Assembly (NCBI GenBank): GCA_965249035.1
Contig: CBDFKV010000003.1
Span: forward strand, 66,814-130,813
Direction: 5' to 3'
Length of the DNA: 64,000 bases
Origin: Candidatus Poriferihabitaceae bacterium
GTDB lineage: Bacteria > Pseudomonadota > Gammaproteobacteria > Arenicellales > Poriferihabitantaceae
In this document: piece after piece, positions 55,501-64,000 of the stretch
Position numbering within the stretch: position 1 is the first letter of the stretch
Layout: every line of letters begins with the position of its first letter
Notes under the pieces: generated by a model
What the model was told of the DNA's origin: nothing
The model's input: the letters and a program-made list of their open reading frames with translations, nothing else
Database searches by the model: none
Translations under genes and position numbers: made by a program

Positions 55501-57203
55501 GTGGGCAATTGCCGGGGTATAAGGTCAATCAGCAAATCGCCTCGGTTCGCCATTCGACACCCGGCGTAGGGCTGATTTCGCCACCGCCACATCATGACAT
55601 TTACTCCATCGAGGACTTGGCCCAGCTTATTCACGACCTTAAAAACGTCAATCCAGAAGCACGGATATCGGTCAAGCTGGTTTCTGAAGTGGGCGTGGGT
55701 ACGGTTGCGGCGGGCGTGTCTAAAGCACATGCTGACCACGTCACTATTTCCGGTTACGACGGTGGCACCGGTGCCAGCCCGCTCACCTCAATCAAACACG
55801 CTGGCTCACCATGGGAAATTGGTCTATCTGAAACCCACCAAACGCTGGTGAAAAATAACCTGCGTAGTCGTATTTGCGTACAGGCCGATGGTGGTATACG
55901 CACCGGTCGTGATGTAGTTATCGCTGCACTATTGGGCGCTGATGAATTTGGATTTGCAACCGCACCGTTGATCGCAGAAGGCTGCTTGATGATGCGCAAA
56001 TGCCATCTCAATACCTGCCCGGTGGGCGTCGCCACTCAAAACCCCGAGCTGCGCAAGCGCTTTACCGGCAAGCCTGAGCACGTCATCAACTATTTCTTTT
56101 TTGTCGCCAAAGAAGTGCGCGAACTGATGTCGAAACTTGGCTATCGAACCATGAGCGAAATGGTGGGCCAAATGCAAAGCCTCAATATGCGCCGCGCGAT
56201 CAAGCATTGGAAAGCTCATGGCTTGGACTACACACGCTTACTGACCAAGCCAGACGTAGATGATTCGATTGGTATTTTCCATAGTGAAACACAAGATCAT
56301 GGGCTGAATAAAGCGCTTGATCGTCAATTGATCAAAAAGGCCAAAGCGGCACTGGACTCGGGAACCAGCGTCCAAATTATTACCCGCTTTCATAACTACA
56401 ACCGCTCAATCGGGGCGATGCTATCAGGTGAAGTAGCCCGTCGCTACGGTCATAAGGGTTTGCCCGACGACAGCATTTACATCAAAGCCAACGGCACCGC
56501 CGGGCAATCACTGGGTGCCTGGCTCGCGCGCGGCATCACCATTGATTTGGCGGGTGAAGCGAATGACTACGTCGGCAAAGGTTTATCCGGTGGAAGGATT
56601 GCGATATACCCGCAGGAAAACAGCGCCATCGGCAAAGCCGAAGACAATATTATCGTTGGCAATACTGCTTTGTACGGCGCGATCAGCGGTGAAGCCTATT
56701 TCCGCGGTGTCGGCGGTGAGCGTTTTTGCGTGCGCAACTCTGGCGCGATTGCGGTCGTCGAAGGCGTTGGCGACCATGGCTGTGAATACATGACTGGTGG
56801 GGTGATGGTTTGTTTGGGCAGCACCGGGCGCAACTTTGCAGCCGGAATGTCCGGCGGTATCGCCTATGTCTGGGACCAAGAAGGGCGATTTACTGAACGG
56901 TGTAATACTGAGATGGTTGAGTTAGAAGCACTTACCACCGACACCCCAGACCTGGACGCCACAACCATCGCCAGCGACTTGACCCGCTATGATGAGAGCC
57001 GCTTAAAAGCGCTGATAAAACAACATAAACACTATACTAACAGCGCCGTTGCCACCGATTTATTGGATCGCTGGGAAGCTGTCCACGGTCAGTTTATCAA
57101 AGTCATGCCCGCCGATTATAAGCGAGCACTGGAAGACCAATATGCAGCGAGTGCAACCAAACAGACCAAGCAACCCAGCACTGCGGAGGTGAAAAATGGG
57201 TAA
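52590..57203 (+). CDS. gltB: glutamate synthase large subunit
   Basis: A 1537-aa ORF with an N-terminal amidotransferase Cys (EHDACGVGF), an FMN/Fe-S central domain, and the C-terminal GXGXG repeat domain. Confidence 0.96.
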   Translation: MSRGCLPPRQGLYDPANEHDACGVGFVANINGTRNHDIVAKALEILCRLEHRGAVGADAKAGDGAGILFQVPNQFLRENVDFELPEFGQYAVGMVFLPKEPSAQARAIAVIESFIQQENQTVLGWRYVPVNSKALGDTIKPSEPDTWQVFIRCADGCKDTDAFERKLFVIRKQIENQMALATWEGSETVYFSSLSTRLINYKGVLLADQLAAYFPELADARMQSAMALVHQRFSTNTFPTWDLAHPFRLIAHNGEINTVRGNRNWMAARRHSMASELFGDDLEKVFPLIQGGQSDSASFDNTLELLSLSGYSLSHAVMMMIPEAWSGNPMMDAKRRAFYEYHAALMEPWDGPAAVAFTDGRQIGATLDRNGLRPARYLVTDDGLCVMASEMGVLDIPEEKIIKKWRLQPGKMFLIDLEEGRIVEDEEIKADLAASQPYQSWLNKTQLAVHKLPHVIGAMAPDRKTLLNTQQAFGYSQEDIKFLLRPMLETGMEATGSMGTDVPPSVMSAKSKHLSTYFKQNFAQVTNPPIDPIREDVVMSLVTLIGPRPNLLDRHNGGKSMRLEALQPILTNAELEAIRKIEDRTDSFLSRTIDICYPANQGAAGMKPALGAICRRAESLVHKGNNILILSDRWVDVDQVAIPALLATAAVHHHLIRKGLRTKTGLLVETGSAIEIHHFATLAGYGAEAINPYLALDTIHAELSTLSNETRFTAARERYIKAIGKGLKKVMSKMGISTYQSYCGAQIFDAIGLSSDFLNQYFTGTATTIEGAGLYEIARETMRWHQQAYGNNPIYDKHLNVGGEYAVRERGERHAWTTDSISKLQHAVRGNDWNTYQEFATTMNDQRGRLLNLRGLFTLNFAPKPVPLHEVEPVTDIVKRFATGAMSFGSISYEAHSTLARAMNELGGKSNTGEGGEEASRFNPLEDGSPNPERSAIKQVASGRFGVTTEYLVNADDIQIKMAQGAKPGEGGQLPGYKVNQQIASVRHSTPGVGLISPPPHHDIYSIEDLAQLIHDLKNVNPEARISVKLVSEVGVGTVAAGVSKAHADHVTISGYDGGTGASPLTSIKHAGSPWEIGLSETHQTLVKNNLRSRICVQADGGIRTGRDVVIAALLGADEFGFATAPLIAEGCLMMRKCHLNTCPVGVATQNPELRKRFTGKPEHVINYFFFVAKEVRELMSKLGYRTMSEMVGQMQSLNMRRAIKHWKAHGLDYTRLLTKPDVDDSIGIFHSETQDHGLNKALDRQLIKKAKAALDSGTSVQIITRFHNYNRSIGAMLSGEVARRYGHKGLPDDSIYIKANGTAGQSLGAWLARGITIDLAGEANDYVGKGLSGGRIAIYPQENSAIGKAEDNIIVGNTALYGAISGEAYFRGVGGERFCVRNSGAIAVVEGVGDHGCEYMTGGVMVCLGSTGRNFAAGMSGGIAYVWDQEGRFTERCNTEMVELEALTTDTPDLDATTIASDLTRYDESRLKALIKQHKHYTNSAVATDLLDRWEAVHGQFIKVMPADYKRALEDQYAASATKQTKQPSTAEVKNG

Positions 57204-58650
57204 GCCAACGGGGTTTATCGAAGTCGAACTGAAAGATCGTTCTTATGCGCCGGTTGAGAAGCGGATTCAACATTTCAAAGAATTTATTATCAATCTCGAT
57301 GACCAAGAGTTAGCCGCGCAAGCGTCACGCTGCATGGATTGTGGCATTCCGTTTTGCCATCAAGGTTGCCCGGTCAATAACCATATCCCCGACTGGAATG
57401 ACTTAGTCTATCAGCAGGACTGGAAGGCAGCTCTGGATCAGCTACATTCGACCAATAATTTCCCGGAATTTACCGGCCGCATCTGCCCTGCGCCCTGTGA
57501 AGAATCTTGCACTCTGAATATTAATAGTGCGCCGGTGACGATCAAAACTATTGAGCAAGCGATTGTCGAAAAAGGTTGGGAACAAGGCTGGATTAAGCCA
57601 CGAATTGCCCGCCATCGCAGTGGTAAGCGTGTTGCAGTCATTGGTTCCGGCCCCGCCGGATTGGCCTGCGCACAGCAATTGGCGCGCGCGGGGCACATGG
57701 TTGATGTGTACGAAAAACAGCAGCGGATCGGTGGTTTATTGCGCTACGGTATCCCCGATTTTAAGCTGGAAAAACACATTATTGATCGACGCATCGGCCA
57801 AATGCGCCGTGAAGGCGTGCATTTTCACACCAACACCCACGTCGGGACAGAGTTACCGATGTACAAACTGTGGCAGAAGTTTGATTCAGTCGTGGTGGCA
57901 ATCGGTTCTGAAAAGCCGCGCAACTTACCCGTACCAGGCCGTGATCTCGGCGGTGTTTATTATGCGATGGATTTTCTGCGTGCTAATAGCGCCAAGGTTC
58001 AGGGCGATTTTGATGCCAACGAACACTTCATCTCTGCCAAAAGTAAGCACGTGTTGGTTATTGGTGGGGGCGATACGGGCTCTGATTGCATCGGCACCTC
58101 TATCCGGCAAGGTGCAGCCAAGGTCACCCAGATTGAAATCATGCCGCAACCGCCCGAGCAAGAAGATAAGGCGATGGTTTGGCCCGAATGGCCCAATAAA
58201 ATGCGTACTTCAAGCTCACAGCAGGAAGGTTGTGAACGTCAATGGAGTGTGGCCACCCAGTCATTCGAAAGCGATGCGGAAGGCAACGTCAAAGCGGCTA
58301 ATTGTATTCAAGTGGAGTGGCTCAAAGACGATCACGGTCGCTGGCAAATGAGTGAAGTGGCAGGCTCGGAATTTCAAATCAAAGCCGAGCACGTACTGTT
58401 GGCCATGGGCTTCATACACCCGGTTCACGTAGGCATGCTTGATGAATTAGGTGTTGCTCTAGATCCAGCCGGTAATGTCAAAGCGCCAATCAGCGGCGAC
58501 CTGGCTTATCAAACCTCAGTTGAAGGCGTGTTTGCCACCGGCGATGCACGCCGCGGACAATCGCTTGTGGTTTGGGCGATTCGTGAAGGTCGCCAAGCAG
58601 CGCGTTCGGTGGATGAATATCTGCGTGGCGATAGCGAACTACCGCTATAA
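57196..58650 (+). CDS. gltD: glutamate synthase small subunit
   Basis: A 484-aa ORF with Fe-S Cys clusters (CMDCGIPFCHQGCP, CPAPCEESC) and dinucleotide folds VAVIGSGPAGLA and VLVIGGGDTGSD. It overlaps gltB by 8 nt. Confidence 0.95.
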   Translation: MGKPTGFIEVELKDRSYAPVEKRIQHFKEFIINLDDQELAAQASRCMDCGIPFCHQGCPVNNHIPDWNDLVYQQDWKAALDQLHSTNNFPEFTGRICPAPCEESCTLNINSAPVTIKTIEQAIVEKGWEQGWIKPRIARHRSGKRVAVIGSGPAGLACAQQLARAGHMVDVYEKQQRIGGLLRYGIPDFKLEKHIIDRRIGQMRREGVHFHTNTHVGTELPMYKLWQKFDSVVVAIGSEKPRNLPVPGRDLGGVYYAMDFLRANSAKVQGDFDANEHFISAKSKHVLVIGGGDTGSDCIGTSIRQGAAKVTQIEIMPQPPEQEDKAMVWPEWPNKMRTSSSQQEGCERQWSVATQSFESDAEGNVKAANCIQVEWLKDDHGRWQMSEVAGSEFQIKAEHVLLAMGFIHPVHVGMLDELGVALDPAGNVKAPISGDLAYQTSVEGVFATGDARRGQSLVVWAIREGRQAARSVDEYLRGDSELPL

Positions 58651-58768
58651 AACGGCCATTGGCTTTGATAGCGTGGGCGATGCTGCTTCCTCTCATTTGT
58701 CGAGTCTGGGGTGATACAATCACGCCACCAGTTGATTTAAGAAAACGGACACCCTAGAGAACATAATA

Positions 58769-59818
58769 ATGGCACAAAAAAACGACCGCTATCTACGCGC
58801 CTTACGTCGAGAAGACGTTGATTGCACCCCAGTTTGGATCATGCGTCAAGCTGGTCGCTATCTGCCGGAATATCGTGCCACACGCAAGCAAGCGGGAGAT
58901 TTCCTGACCTTATGTAAAACACCTGAATTGGCCTGCGAAGTAACTTTACAGCCGTTGGAGCGATTTGACCTAGACGCGGCGATTTTATTTTCTGACATTT
59001 TGACCATTCCCGATGCCATGGGGCTGGGATTGACGCTGGAAGAAGGGGTTGGCCCCAAGTTCTCCAAGCCAATTCGCAGCGTCAAAGCGATCGACAAACT
59101 CGACGTGGTGGATATGGATGATCTTCGCTACGTTACCGACGCGGTTAAGCTCATTCGCCAAGAATTAGATGATCGAGTGCCATTGATCGGCTTTGCCGGC
59201 AGCCCCTGGACGCTAATGACTTACATGGTCGAAGGTGGCAGCAGCAAGGATTTCCAGCACGCCAAAGGCATGCTACACAGCGAGCCTGACGCGGCACACC
59301 GCTTGCTGGGGAAAATAACTGATTCGGTCGGCGAATATCTGCGTCAACAAGTGCTCGCAGGCGCGCAATCGCTGATGCTGTTTGATACCTGGGGCGGGGC
59401 TTTGTCCACACCCATGTACTTACAATATTCTCTCGCGTATATGTGGAAGATTGTGTTTGATTTAAAGCGTGACCCCAAAACCAAAGATGTTCCGATCACC
59501 TTATTTACCAAGGGCGGTGGCCAATGGCTGGAGCAATTAACGGCAACTGGCTGCGACGGCCTCGGTATTGACTGGACCACGCCGCTTCAAAGTGCGCGCC
59601 TAGCGGTGGGTGATCGCGTTGCTTTACAAGGCAATATGGATCCAACCGCTCTTTACGGCACGCCGGACACGGTTCGTGCGGAGGTTAAAAAAGTACTGAA
59701 CGATTTTGGCCCCGGTAATGGCCATATCTTCAACCTCGGCCACGGTATTCATCCCGGCATTGATCCAGAAAACGTCAAGGCGATGGTGGATGCGGTCCAC
59801 GAGTTTTCCCAGCGTTAA
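58769..59818 (+). CDS. hemE: uroporphyrinogen decarboxylase
   Basis: [23 protein letters not shown] and GFAGSPWTL. Confidence 0.94.
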   Translation: MAQKNDRYLRALRREDVDCTPVWIMRQAGRYLPEYRATRKQAGDFLTLCKTPELACEVTLQPLERFDLDAAILFSDILTIPDAMGLGLTLEEGVGPKFSKPIRSVKAIDKLDVVDMDDLRYVTDAVKLIRQELDDRVPLIGFAGSPWTLMTYMVEGGSSKDFQHAKGMLHSEPDAAHRLLGKITDSVGEYLRQQVLAGAQSLMLFDTWGGALSTPMYLQYSLAYMWKIVFDLKRDPKTKDVPITLFTKGGGQWLEQLTATGCDGLGIDWTTPLQSARLAVGDRVALQGNMDPTALYGTPDTVRAEVKKVLNDFGPGNGHIFNLGHGIHPGIDPENVKAMVDAVHEFSQR

Positions 59819-59902
59819 TCAACACACCAGCACTGCACCAACGACTGGCGGACCCAGGCAATTCGGTTATACTTATAGGCCGGTTTAACCTTAAACAGCA
59901 TC

Positions 59903-61189
59903 ATGCTCACCGCTCAACAAGCTGAATTACCCCAATCGATAGAAGAGACGATTACCACTATCGGTAAAGCCGCGCGCGCGGCCAGCCGGGTTATCGCTCA
60001 GGCAGAAACCCAGCAAAAGGATGCCGCTCTTAACGCGATTGCGGATGCGCTGATCGCCGCTGAAGCGTCTTTGATTAGCGAAAATGCTAAAGACTTAGCT
60101 GCTGGTAAGGCCAAAGGTTTAACCGCAGCACTGCTTGATCGTCTGGAGCTAGATAGCAGCCGCATAACCGCCATGGCGGATGGCTTACGCCAAATTGCCA
60201 CCCTGCCTGATCCTGTGGGCGAAATCAGCGATATGAGCTTTCGCCCCAGCGGGATTCAAGTCGGCAAAATGCGTATGCCGCTAGGCGTCATCGGGATTAT
60301 TTATGAGTCGCGCCCCAATGTCACCGCTGATGCGGCAGCGCTGTGCTTGAAATCTGGTAATAGCGTGATCTTGCGCGGCGGTTCTGAAGCCATTCATTCC
60401 AATCAGGCGATAGCAGCCTGCATTCATACCGGACTGAAACAAGCGGGCTTGCCGATCGAATGCATTCAGGTGGTGCCAACGACCGACCGTGCCGCAGTTG
60501 GTGCACTGATCACTGCGGACGAATACGTAGATATCATCATCCCACGCGGTGGTAAGGGCTTGATTGCGCGCATCAGCCAGGAAGCCAGTATCCCCGTGAT
60601 CAAACACCTAGATGGCATTTGTCACGTCTATATCGATGATCACGCTGACTACCAAAAAGCGATTGATGTGGCCTACAACGCCAAAGCTCGCCGCTACGGA
60701 ATTTGCGGCGCGATGGAAACGCTGCTAGTTGCCAACAGCATGGCCCAAACCGTGCTACCCACCTTAGCCAAACAGTATGCCGCTAAGGGCATAGAGGTAC
60801 GCGGCTGTGAGAAAACCCGCGCCATCCTTGCAGACGCGGTTAGCGCCAGTGAAGAAGATTGGTCAACCGAATATCTCGCCGGGATTTTATCGATCAAAGT
60901 GGTTGATGGTTTAGACCAAGCGATCCAACATATTAATCACTACGGCTCGCACCACACCGATGCCATCATCACAGAAAATGTTAGCAACAGTCGCCGCTTT
61001 CTGCGTGAAGTAGATTCAGCATCGGTGATGCTGAACGCCTCAACCCAGTTTGCTGACGGCTTTGAGTATGGTCTGGGTGCAGAAATCGGTATCAGCACGG
61101 ATAAATTACACGTGCGTGGCCCAGTCGGCTTAGAAGGCTTAACTTGCCAGAAATATGTCGTTATCGGCGACGGCCATACTCGTCCCTGA
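59903..61189 (+). CDS. proA: glutamate-5-semialdehyde dehydrogenase
   Basis: A 428-aa ORF with [25 protein letters not shown] and [12 protein letters not shown]. Confidence 0.94.
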   Translation: MLTAQQAELPQSIEETITTIGKAARAASRVIAQAETQQKDAALNAIADALIAAEASLISENAKDLAAGKAKGLTAALLDRLELDSSRITAMADGLRQIATLPDPVGEISDMSFRPSGIQVGKMRMPLGVIGIIYESRPNVTADAAALCLKSGNSVILRGGSEAIHSNQAIAACIHTGLKQAGLPIECIQVVPTTDRAAVGALITADEYVDIIIPRGGKGLIARISQEASIPVIKHLDGICHVYIDDHADYQKAIDVAYNAKARRYGICGAMETLLVANSMAQTVLPTLAKQYAAKGIEVRGCEKTRAILADAVSASEEDWSTEYLAGILSIKVVDGLDQAIQHINHYGSHHTDAIITENVSNSRRFLREVDSASVMLNASTQFADGFEYGLGAEIGISTDKLHVRGPVGLEGLTCQKYVVIGDGHTRP

Positions 61190-61200
61190 ATATTTAATCG

Positions 61201-61449
61201 ATGTCCATCACCTGCATCCTGCACGGCAGTTTTGAGGATTTATTGGCTGATGCCAGCGAGGGCAATGAAATCCAACTAAGTACCGCAATCGCCACTTCAG
61301 CTCGCGCAGTATTTTCCCACTTTAAGATCGATACTGATCTGATTCAGCACGTTATTTTAGATGGGCGCTACATTTACGAAGCCGATTGGGATACACCACT
61401 AGCGAGCGGAGCTACATTGCGTATTTGGCCACGGATCGCAGGCGGCTAA
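61201..61449 (+). CDS. MoaD/ThiS-like ubiquitin-fold protein (C-terminal Gly-Gly)
   Basis: An 82-aa ORF ending ...GATLRIWPRIAGG followed by the stop. The size and the hydrophobic-x-x-GG terminus fit a beta-grasp sulfur carrier. No motif evidence goes beyond that. Confidence 0.45.
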   Translation: MSITCILHGSFEDLLADASEGNEIQLSTAIATSARAVFSHFKIDTDLIQHVILDGRYIYEADWDTPLASGATLRIWPRIAGG

Positions 61450-61488
61450 TTGTGATCGCGCTTACTTTTTAACCCAGCCCTCTGAGCA

Positions 61489-61800
61489 ATGGAAATCATA
61501 CGAAGCAAAGCGTTCAAGCCCGATCGAGCATGGGATGCAAAAGATATTGCCACTATGAATGGCATAACAACGCGACTGCACTGGACTGATCAACCCTACC
61601 AATGGCATGTGAACGAAGGCCAAGAAGTATTTGTTGTACTTGATGGCGTTGTCGAAATGCTTTTTATCTCGGACGGCAAACAGGAATCAACGATCTTATG
61701 TGCCGGAGACATATTCTATGCATCAGAAGGAACCGAGCACGTAGCGCACCCAAAAGGTGAAGCTAGAATTTTGGTAGTTGAATCAGAAGCAAGCGTATAA
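61489..61800 (+). CDS. cupin domain protein
   Basis: A 103-aa ORF with a two-motif cupin pattern (YQWHVNEGQEVFVVLDG ... GTEHVAHP). Confidence 0.6.
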   Translation: MEIIRSKAFKPDRAWDAKDIATMNGITTRLHWTDQPYQWHVNEGQEVFVVLDGVVEMLFISDGKQESTILCAGDIFYASEGTEHVAHPKGEARILVVESEASV

Positions 61801-61808
61801 AAAGATAG

Positions 61809-62450
61809 TTAAATCATCGGGTTAAAATAATTCCGCCCACGGCTGGTATTGGCTATTTGGTTTACCAGCAGCTCAAAATGCTCGTCATTTTCCAGGAAAT
61901 TCAGGTTTTCTGCATTGATCACCAATAAAGGTGAGTGCAAATAGTTCAAGAAAAACCGTGCATAGGTTTCCACCAGATCGCTTAAATAATCCGGGCTAAT
62001 CAGTTTTTCGTATTTGACCCCGCGGCGCTTGATCCGGCGGGTCAAAACCTCGACCGGCGCCTGTAAGTAGACCACCAAATCTGGCACTGGCACCCGTGGT
62101 GATAGCGATTCATACACAGCGTAATACAAATCCAGCTCGTCTTTTTCCAGCGTCAGCTCGGCAAATAGTGGATCTTTTTCGAGCATAAAATCCGACACGA
62201 CCCCGCGTGAAAATAAATCCGCTTGGCCCAAATCACGTAATTGTTTGACCCGCTGAAATAAAAAGTACAGCTGTGCTTGCAGTGCGTATTGTTCCGGATT
62301 TTCGTAAAAGCGCTCCAAAAACGGATTATCAGACGGCTCTTCAAACAGCGTTTGAAACCCAAACGCATCCGCTAAGCGACGCGTCAGTGTCGTCTTGCCG
62401 ACCCCAATAGGCCCTTCTACTACGATATGTCGGTGTTGAATATCTTTCAT
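61809..62450 (-). CDS. deoxynucleoside kinase family protein
   Basis: The P-loop VEGPIGVGKTTL, an ERF-type block (FLERFYENP), and DR-/arginine-rich lid RRIKRRG. Confidence 0.8.
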   Translation of the reverse strand: MKDIQHRHIVVEGPIGVGKTTLTRRLADAFGFQTLFEEPSDNPFLERFYENPEQYALQAQLYFLFQRVKQLRDLGQADLFSRGVVSDFMLEKDPLFAELTLEKDELDLYYAVYESLSPRVPVPDLVVYLQAPVEVLTRRIKRRGVKYEKLISPDYLSDLVETYARFFLNYLHSPLLVINAENLNFLENDEHFELLVNQIANTSRGRNYFNPMI

Positions 62451-62471
62451 GAATCGATCTTTGCCAATGCC

Positions 62472-64000
62472 CTATTTAACCCGCATACCAGGCGCGGCGC
62501 CGCTATCTGGAGACAGCAGGAAAATCTCCGACCCACCCGGGCCAGCGGCCATCACCATGCCTTCTGACAAGCCAAAGCGCATTTTACGCGGCGCCAGATT
62601 AGCCACCATCACGGTGAGTTTACCTACCAGTTCTTCGGGCTGATAGGCCGACTTAATCCCGGCGAATACATTACGGCTTTCGCCGCCCAGGTCGAGGGTT
62701 AATTGCAATAATTTATCGGCCCCTTCAACGTGCTGCGCATCTACTATTTTGGCAATCCGCAGGTCCACTTTGGCGAAGGCGTCAAAATCAATTTCCCTGC
62801 TGATCGGGTCATCTATTAAGGGGCTTTTGGTACTCGCATCGGTTTCGGCTGCGACTTTATCTTTTGGTGCCGCGGTAATCTTCAATTCTTCTTCCAGTGC
62901 AACTTTAGTGTCTTCTATCATGGCATCGATTTGTTTAGGATCAATCCGCGTCATCAATGGTTTATAGGCATTAATCGTCGTACCGACTAATGGCGTACTT
63001 AAATCATCCCACGCCATCGCATCAATGTTTAGAAATGCCTCTGAGTCGGCCGCAAGCTGTGGTAATACAGGCTTTAACATCCCGATCAATACCCGAAACA
63101 GGTTCAAACCTTGCGTACATACGCCCTGCACTTCATCACGGCGCGCTTCATCTTTGATCAACACCCACGGCTGAGCCTGATCAACATACTGGTTGGCTTT
63201 ATCCGCCAGCGCCATGATGTCGCGAATAGCGCGGCTATAACGACGACTCTCGTAGCCATCGCTAACCTGGGGCAACATGGCAGTAAATTCCTCAAACAAG
63301 GCTGGATCAGGCAGCGTATCACTTAGCTTGCTGTCAAATTGCTTGACGAGAAAGCCCGCACAACGGCTGGCAATATTGACCAGTTTTCCGACTAAATCCG
63401 AATTCACCCGCGCCTGAAAATCTTCCAGGCTAAGATCGATGTCGTCAATTCCATCGTCTAGTTTAGCTGCGAAATAATATCGCAAATACTCGGGCCGAAA
63501 ATTATTCAGATAGGTTCGCGCCTTGATAAACGTGCCCTTGGATTTAGACATCTTCTGACCATTGACGGTCAAAAAGCCGTGACACCACACATTGGTCGGC
63601 GTGCGATAACCCGCGCCATACAGCTCAGCCGGCCAAAACAAGGTGTGAAACCGCGCGATATCTTTGCCGACAAAATGCACCATTTCATAGTCACTGTCCG
63701 CTTTCAGATAATCATCAAACTCCAAGCCTTCGGTGCGGTCACAGAGGTTTTTGAAGCTGGCCAGATAGCCAATCGGTGCATCCAGCCAGACATAAAAATA
63801 TTTGTCAGTCTCGCCCGGGATTTGAAACCCCCAGTAAGGCGCATTGCGCGAAATATCCCACTCAAACAGCTCTTCTTCGAATAACTCTTTTTGCTTATTG
63901 GCAATCTCAGTCTGGGTGTGGCCCTGATTCAACCATTCCAGCAAGAATTCACGAAAATCCCCGAGCTTAAAAAATAGCTGCTCTGAATCACGCTCTACGG
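62472..64000 (-). CDS. metG: methionine--tRNA ligase (N-terminal part lies beyond window end)
   Basis: The frame stays open to base 64000: [23 protein letters not shown]... compares with E. coli [21 protein letters not shown]. It also has [33 protein letters not shown], and the C-terminal tRNA-binding domain [10 protein letters not shown]... Confidence 0.95.
   Translation of the reverse strand, partial: VERDSEQLFFKLGDFREFLLEWLNQGHTQTEIANKQKELFEEELFEWDISRNAPYWGFQIPGETDKYFYVWLDAPIGYLASFKNLCDRTEGLEFDDYLKADSDYEMVHFVGKDIARFHTLFWPAELYGAGYRTPTNVWCHGFLTVNGQKMSKSKGTFIKARTYLNNFRPEYLRYYFAAKLDDGIDDIDLSLEDFQARVNSDLVGKLVNIASRCAGFLVKQFDSKLSDTLPDPALFEEFTAMLPQVSDGYESRRYSRAIRDIMALADKANQYVDQAQPWVLIKDEARRDEVQGVCTQGLNLFRVLIGMLKPVLPQLAADSEAFLNIDAMAWDDLSTPLVGTTINAYKPLMTRIDPKQIDAMIEDTKVALEEELKITAAPKDKVAAETDASTKSPLIDDPISREIDFDAFAKVDLRIAKIVDAQHVEGADKLLQLTLDLGGESRNVFAGIKSAYQPEELVGKLTVMVANLAPRKMRFGLSEGMVMAAGPGGSEIFLLSPDSGAAPGMRVK

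Noticed and set aside
57551-58351. An 801-nt (266-codon) stop-free ORF on the same strand as gltD but in the +1 frame.
   Set aside because: The translation is low-complexity and rich in Ser, Arg, Cys and Trp, with no recognisable motif. It lies entirely inside the strongly conserved gltD coding frame. Long open alternative frames do occur by chance under strong codon bias. I could not test conservation of the alternative frame, so I treat it as non-coding.

Overview
This is a 64-kb chromosomal segment of a gammaproteobacterium, judged by gene content and synteny: glyQS-gmhB-plsC as in Pseudomonas, and pilMNOPQ-aroKB followed by gltBD-hemE-proA. GC is roughly 50% by hand counts of a few lines. 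The window is densely coding and mostly housekeeping: aminoacyl-tRNA ligases, LPS core genes, type IV pilus assembly, shikimate genes, glutamate synthase, Moco and tRNA-modification genes, copper efflux, one two-component system, and a Phn-type ABC importer. I recognised no rRNA, CRISPR array, IS element, integrase or obvious defence system. Six items do not look routine. (1) A 992-aa fusion of a SerC-like aminotransferase with a SerA/HprA-like 2-hydroxyacid dehydrogenase is tightly coupled to a glycerate kinase. It heads a co-directional ~10-kb run that continues into phnDCEE, a HAD-IIA hydrolase and a Cys/Met-family PLP enzyme. (2) A low-GC, stand-alone nirS (cytochrome cd1 nitrite reductase) carries an extra N-terminal c-type haem domain. 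It is bracketed by an intact tRNA-Lys(UUU) and a 34-nt, 32/34-identical partial copy of that tRNA, which looks like a decayed tRNA-targeted islet. (3) pilM is interrupted by a single in-frame TAA at a conserved Lys position. (4) A WaaG glycosyltransferase is fused to a WaaP heptose kinase. (5) An orphan MoaD/ThiS-like protein ending in Gly-Gly sits next to a cupin. (6) The pilQ-aroK-aroB neighbourhood contains insertions: a Gate-domain membrane protein and twin PEGA lipoproteins. All functional calls come from reading the translated ORFs against remembered family motifs. No database search was run.
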